From contig DUEV01000014.1 in the NCBI GenBank assembly GCA_011170375.1, positions 25,712-89,711 on the forward strand: a stretch of DNA of 64,000 nucleotides, written 5' to 3'. The notes below the pieces were generated by a model. It searched no databases. It was not told where the DNA came from and worked only from the letters and a program-made list of their open reading frames with translations. How positions within the stretch are numbered: position 1 is the first letter of the stretch; each line of letters opens with the position of its first letter. A program made the position numbers and the translations under genes. This document shows positions 59,381 through 64,000 of this stretch, in pieces. The stretch is from Dehalococcoidia bacterium (GTDB lineage: Bacteria; Chloroflexota; Dehalococcoidia; Dehalococcoidales; Fen-1064).

Positions 59381-60700
59381 ATGTTGAAGAAGTTGATTCC
59401 CTTATTAGTCGTGTGCTCTCTGCTGGTCTTGCTCATTGTCCCTAGTTGTGGTGGTGAAGAAGAAGACAACGTTATCAAGATTGGCGTCATCGGGCCAATG
59501 CAGTATGTCCAGGGTGAACACCACTGGTACGGGGCTACTATGGCAGCAGAGGAGATTAATGACGCCGGTGGTATTGACGTAGACGGGGAGATGTACACGA
59601 TTGAGCTTATTAAGGCGGACTCGAACGAGATGACGAGCCCAACCGATGCCGCCGCTGCTATGGAGAAGCTAATAACGGTAGACGGCGCCCAGTTTGTGGT
59701 TGGTGGCTTCAGGACAGAATCAGTATTTCCCATGATAGAAGCTGCCATGGACTACGATACAATATTCCTCGGTTGTGGTGCTGCCACCGAATCACTCTGC
59801 CAGCTTGCAGTTGACGATTATGACCGCTACAAGTACTGGTTCCGGGTAACCCCATTCAACAGTACCAAACTGGTAAGCAACTCGCTGATGACCCTGGGCA
59901 TGGCCGGAGGCATCATGCAGCAGGGACTCGGTTTGGAAGGACCACTGCAGGTTGCTATACTGGCTGAACAGGCGGAATGGGCTGACGCTATGGTGGCCGC
60001 CTATCAGGCATATGTTCCGGCGATGCTCGGCATGGAGGTAGTTGGCACCTGGAGGCCTTCAGCCACAGCCACCGACCTGAATGCCGAATTGACGGCTATC
60101 GAGGACTCCGGTGCTCACCTGATTCTAACCATTCTGTCAGGCCCGGTAGGTATCCCCTATGCCAGGCAGCTTGGTGAACTAGAGATACCAGCCGCTTCGG
60201 TTGGTATCAACGTCGAGGCACAGAAGGATGGCTTCTGGGATGCGACGGAGGGCTACGGCAACTACGAGACTACCCTGAACACATACGCCGAGGGTATTGC
60301 ACTGACCAGCAAAACAGCGGCCTTTGTTGAGGAGTTCATCGAGAGGTTCGATGAGACGCCGACCTATAATGCCGGTACCTATGATGCCATCTACCTGCTG
60401 AAAGAGGTCATTGAGAGCACCGGTACGCTGGATGCCGACACGATTGTTGAGGAACTCGAGGGGATAGACTACATAGGCGCTGGTGGTAGGATTGTCTTCA
60501 TGGGAACAGACACGACAACCCCGCACGATGTAACCTATGGCCCAGGCTATACGACCGGTATCGCTACCCAGTGGCAGGACGGTGAAATGAAGGCGGTCTG
60601 GCCAAATCTAGGTGTTGGTGAATGGGAAGGTGTTACCTACGAGGGTGTCGTCATGTGGCAGATACCCGATCGGGTAATCGCATATTATACCCAAGATTAA
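59381..60700 (+). CDS. Branched-chain amino acid-type ABC substrate-binding lipoprotein
   Basis: Signal peptide with VPSC lipobox; IKIGVIGP, AAEEINDAGGI, YDAIY. Confidence 0.9.
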   Translation: MLKKLIPLLVVCSLLVLLIVPSCGGEEEDNVIKIGVIGPMQYVQGEHHWYGATMAAEEINDAGGIDVDGEMYTIELIKADSNEMTSPTDAAAAMEKLITVDGAQFVVGGFRTESVFPMIEAAMDYDTIFLGCGAATESLCQLAVDDYDRYKYWFRVTPFNSTKLVSNSLMTLGMAGGIMQQGLGLEGPLQVAILAEQAEWADAMVAAYQAYVPAMLGMEVVGTWRPSATATDLNAELTAIEDSGAHLILTILSGPVGIPYARQLGELEIPAASVGINVEAQKDGFWDATEGYGNYETTLNTYAEGIALTSKTAAFVEEFIERFDETPTYNAGTYDAIYLLKEVIESTGTLDADTIVEELEGIDYIGAGGRIVFMGTDTTTPHDVTYGPGYTTGIATQWQDGEMKAVWPNLGVGEWEGVTYEGVVMWQIPDRVIAYYTQD

Positions 60701-60833
60701 TCAGTTCTCCAATATAGGTAGGTTTTATACAGAAGCTCTTGCTGGGGACCTTGAGAGGCGGTTGTCGTCTGGGTCCCCGGCGAGAAATAAGATAGATATT
60801 TATATTGTAAGGGAAGCGTAGTTGCCATAGGCT

Positions 60834-61706
60834 ATGGTTGAAGGCATCATTATCCAGGGGCTAATAAAAGGCGGGACATATGCCCTGCTTGCCGTGGGCT
60901 TTTCTCTCATATTTGGTGTAGCCCGAATGATAAATCTGGCCCACACCTGTTTTTACATGCTGGCAGCTTATGGCATCTATTACTTCGCCAAGGAACTCGA
61001 AATGCCGCTCGCGGCTGCAGTCGTTCTTTCTCTACTGGCAACAACCGTAATCGGTATCCTCACTTACCGACTATTTATAGACCGCGTGCGAGAGCACCAT
61101 GTGACCGTGATGCTGATAACCCTGGCCATGGCAATGATCTTTCAAGAATTCATGATTATGGCCTTTAGCAGCGAACCTCTTGGAACCCCAAGCTTTGTCT
61201 CAGGCTACTGGACGATTATCGGTGTGAAGGTATCCTATCAAAATCTACTGACATTCGGCATCGCCCTGGCTGTCCTTGTATGTGTGTGGGCACTGCTTTC
61301 AAAAACCCGGCTTGGTGTTGCCATCAGGGCAACAGCTCAGGATAGTGAGATCGCAAACCTGATGGGAATAAACGTGCGTCGGATACTGCTGATAACCATG
61401 GCTTTGGCTGCGGCACTGGCAGCTATAGCCGGTGCAGTGGTAACGCCAACACTAACGCTGGTACCAACAATGTGGACTTCGCCGCTGGTAATGATTATGG
61501 CAATCGTTGTCCTCGGTGGGCTGGGTAGTGTTAAAGGCAGCTTTATTGGGGCTTTTATCATTGGTTTCATTGAGGTACTGGTGGTGTTCCTTCTGCCTGG
61601 CGGCGCTTTTTTGAAAGGAGCATTTGCCCTGCTGGTAATGGTATTAATACTCCTTATTAGACCGGAGGGTCTATTCGGTGTGGCTTTTGAAGAGGAGAGG
61701 TTATAG
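60834..61706 (+). CDS. livH: Branched-chain ABC permease LivH
   Basis: YALLAVGFSLIFGV, NLAH, GVAIRATAQD, VLGGLGS, RPEGLFG. Confidence 0.92.
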   Translation: MVEGIIIQGLIKGGTYALLAVGFSLIFGVARMINLAHTCFYMLAAYGIYYFAKELEMPLAAAVVLSLLATTVIGILTYRLFIDRVREHHVTVMLITLAMAMIFQEFMIMAFSSEPLGTPSFVSGYWTIIGVKVSYQNLLTFGIALAVLVCVWALLSKTRLGVAIRATAQDSEIANLMGINVRRILLITMALAAALAAIAGAVVTPTLTLVPTMWTSPLVMIMAIVVLGGLGSVKGSFIGAFIIGFIEVLVVFLLPGGAFLKGAFALLVMVLILLIRPEGLFGVAFEEERL

Positions 61707-62768
61707 TTGCTCAGACGCTTATTAAGAGATTTTCAGGGTGATGTGCTGGCAATTCCCGGCAGACTATTAGCCCTTATTTTCTTCGTAGTACTTTTTTTCA
61801 TTCCCCTCTTCCTCCAGGGTTCTTCTGGTAGCTACTATCTTCGCATCTTCATCTTTGCCAACATGTATGTCATCTTTGCTGTCAGCTGGGACCTGCTCTC
61901 CGGCTACACCGGTCAGTTAAACTTCGGTCACGCCCTCTTCTTCGGAGTGGCTGCATATACGACGGCTCTGTTGAACATTCACCTCGGCTGGCAGCCCTGG
62001 GCAACGATACCAATCGGGGCACTAGCAGGGGTAATTGCCGGGCTGATTGTCTGTCTGCCGGCGCTCAGATTGCGAGGACCATACCTTGCCCTGGTCACGC
62101 TCGCCTTTCCTCTAATTCTACTTGGCATCATTTTTGCTTTTACTGATTTCACCGGCGGTGAACTCGGTATCTCCGGACTGGATCGGATTTCTGATTCAAG
62201 GACGACTGATTATTACATCTCCGTAGCCGTGATGATTGTCTCGGTGATGATAATGTGGAAACTGACCGACGCCGGTAGTAGTATCATCAGGACGGGAATT
62301 GTGTTTCACGCTATCCGCGAGGACGAGATTGCAGCCCGTGCCAGCGGCATCAACACCATAAGATACAAACTGCTTGCCTTTGCTGTGGCCGGTTTCTTCG
62401 CTGGGATTGCCGGTGCCTTCCACGCCCACTTCATGAGAATTGCTGGCCCCTCCAACCTGGAGCTCGTCTTGTCGTTTCAGGTCATAATCTGGACGGTCTT
62501 TGGTGGTATCACCAGCATCTACGGACCCGTTGTCGGGGTATATATACTCTTTCCTCTAATGGAGTTCCTGCGAGCCGCTCCCGAAGTGCGGTACCTGATA
62601 TTCGCTGGTATTGTGGTCATTATGCTCCTCTTCATGCCAGAGGGTATTGCGGTTTGGGTACGTGATAAGATAGAGAGAGAATGCCCACGCTGCAAACTAT
62701 CCAATATGGCATTCCGGAAGACCTGCCGGGCCTGTAATACCTACCTGTACGAACACGCGGGAGACTAG
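61707..62768 (+). CDS. livM: Branched-chain ABC permease LivM with C-terminal CxxC..CxxC tail
   Basis: GYTGQLNFGH, LRLRGPY, AIREDE, PEGI; tail CPRC...CRAC. Confidence 0.9.
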   Translation: MLRRLLRDFQGDVLAIPGRLLALIFFVVLFFIPLFLQGSSGSYYLRIFIFANMYVIFAVSWDLLSGYTGQLNFGHALFFGVAAYTTALLNIHLGWQPWATIPIGALAGVIAGLIVCLPALRLRGPYLALVTLAFPLILLGIIFAFTDFTGGELGISGLDRISDSRTTDYYISVAVMIVSVMIMWKLTDAGSSIIRTGIVFHAIREDEIAARASGINTIRYKLLAFAVAGFFAGIAGAFHAHFMRIAGPSNLELVLSFQVIIWTVFGGITSIYGPVVGVYILFPLMEFLRAAPEVRYLIFAGIVVIMLLFMPEGIAVWVRDKIERECPRCKLSNMAFRKTCRACNTYLYEHAGD

Positions 62769-63514
62769 AGCCCCAGATACGTCTTCCTGATGGTCTCGTC
62801 ACTGAGGAGCTCCTGAGCAGTTCCATGAGCAATCAGGTGCCCTCGGGACATAACGTAGCTTCTCACCGCCAGTTCAAAGGCAAAGCTGACATCCTGTTCT
62901 GCAAGCAGGATAGTGACTCCAAGCTCGTGATAGATTTCTTCAACGCGCTTGAAAAGGTCCTCTTTTAACCGGGGAGCCAGTCCGCTAGAAGGTTCGTCTA
63001 CCAGCAGCATCTTGGGCTGGCGCATCATTGCCCGACCGATACAGAGCATCTGACGTTCACCACCGGAGAGCGTCCCCGATATCTGCTTTTCCCTCTCTTT
63101 CAATCTGGGAAATAGCTCATGAACCCTAGTCAGATTCCTCTCGACCTCTTTATTGTCTTTACAGAGGTAGGCACCGGCTAGCAGATTATCTCTGACGGTC
63201 ATCTCAACAAACGGCCTACCCCGTTCCGGGCAGAGGACCAGACCCCTCCGGGCAATGTCGGACGCCGATAGCCCATCTATCCGCTCATCCTCGAAAGTGA
63301 TTTCTCCTTCAAAGGTAATATCTGCCTGTCTAGTCCCCCTTAGCACCTCCCTCTCCCATCGAACAAGCCCGGCTATTGCCCTGAGCAACGTGGACTTACC
63401 GGCACCATTGGGACCAACCAACCCTACCAGTTCACCCTTTTCAACCCTGAGACTGGCATCATCAAGCACCGTCGCCGTGTCATAGCGGACAGTAACGCCG
63501 TTCGCTTCAAGCAA
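62765..63514 (-). CDS. livF: Branched-chain ABC ATPase LivF
   Basis: GPNGAGKST, LFPRL.ER, LSGGERQM, DEPSSGLAP; TTG 63514 after AAGGAGG. Confidence 0.92.
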   Translation of the reverse strand: MLEANGVTVRYDTATVLDDASLRVEKGELVGLVGPNGAGKSTLLRAIAGLVRWEREVLRGTRQADITFEGEITFEDERIDGLSASDIARRGLVLCPERGRPFVEMTVRDNLLAGAYLCKDNKEVERNLTRVHELFPRLKEREKQISGTLSGGERQMLCIGRAMMRQPKMLLVDEPSSGLAPRLKEDLFKRVEEIYHELGVTILLAEQDVSFAFELAVRSYVMSRGHLIAHGTAQELLSDETIRKTYLGL

Positions 63515-64000
63515 TGAGCACCTCCTTGCCGGTGTAAGCCTCAATTACTGTCTGGTTGCGGGATATTTCCTCGGGAGTACCCTGGGCAATAACCTCTCCG
63601 AAATTGATAACAACCACTCGGTCGACGATTTTCATCAGTTCGCTGAGCTTGTGCTCGATGATAAGCATTGCGGGGCCCTCGCTATGCAATCGACCGAACC
63701 GTCCACCTTTATGCAACCTTCGTATTGACTTCGCCATGAGCTCTGTCTCCGCTGGATTCAGTCCCCCGAAGGGCTCATCGAGCACCAATAGCTCGGGGTC
63801 AGTGGCGATTGCCCGCGCCACCTCAAGTCTCTTAAGGTCACCGTGGGACAAGATGGATGCTGGCTCCAGGGCAAGATCAGCGATGCCGACAAACTCCAGG
63901 GCATCCCGGGCTTTAATCTCGATCCTCTTAACCCACTCTCCCCGCTTCTTTACCCGTGGTGCGAGACAGCCTACCATGACATTGGCGATAATCGGCAGGC
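63507..64000 (-). CDS. livG: Branched-chain ABC ATPase LivG, 5'-truncated by window edge
   Basis: LSHGDLKRLEVARA, LDEPFGG, IEH, G.PEEI..N..VIEAY. Confidence 0.9.
   Translation of the reverse strand, partial: LPIIANVMVGCLAPRVKKRGEWVKRIEIKARDALEFVGIADLALEPASILSHGDLKRLEVARAIATDPELLVLDEPFGGLNPAETELMAKSIRRLHKGGRFGRLHSEGPAMLIIEHKLSELMKIVDRVVVINFGEVIAQGTPEEISRNQTVIEAYTGKEVLIA

Overview
Mostly core-chromosome window (about 55% GC by eye) from an anaerobic bacterium. Gene content and order point to Chloroflexota, probably class Dehalococcoidia (inference). In order: a 5'-truncated amidohydrolase; btuCD under a cobalamin riboswitch; an acyl-CoA ligase/EtfB/ferredoxin-EtfA/membrane Fe-S oxidoreductase operon; DUF47 plus tandem pit genes with a visible duplication scar; gmk/remA; a redox operon (NuoE-like, NuoF-GltD fusion, selenocysteine formate dehydrogenase with SECIS, CTG-started NfnA, NfnB); a candidate ncRNA; MFS, sbcC, HD protein and uvrA; an AT-richer decaying plasticity zone (30.6-39.5 kb) with a duplicated comM promoter and a comM truncated at NPCPC; the tuf-rpmG-secE-nusG-rplKA-rplJL cluster interrupted by a PhlAB/PhlC-like (HMGS-DUF35 fusion + thiolase) pair; four tRNAs; a DosR-regulon-like stress module (HisKA_3 kinase, NarL regulator, tandem USPs, APH-like + P-loop kinase, small Zn-ribbon and NHLP-like proteins); and a branched-chain ABC transporter. 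No CRISPR array, rRNA or intact mobile element was seen. All calls come from motif reading only; no searches were run.
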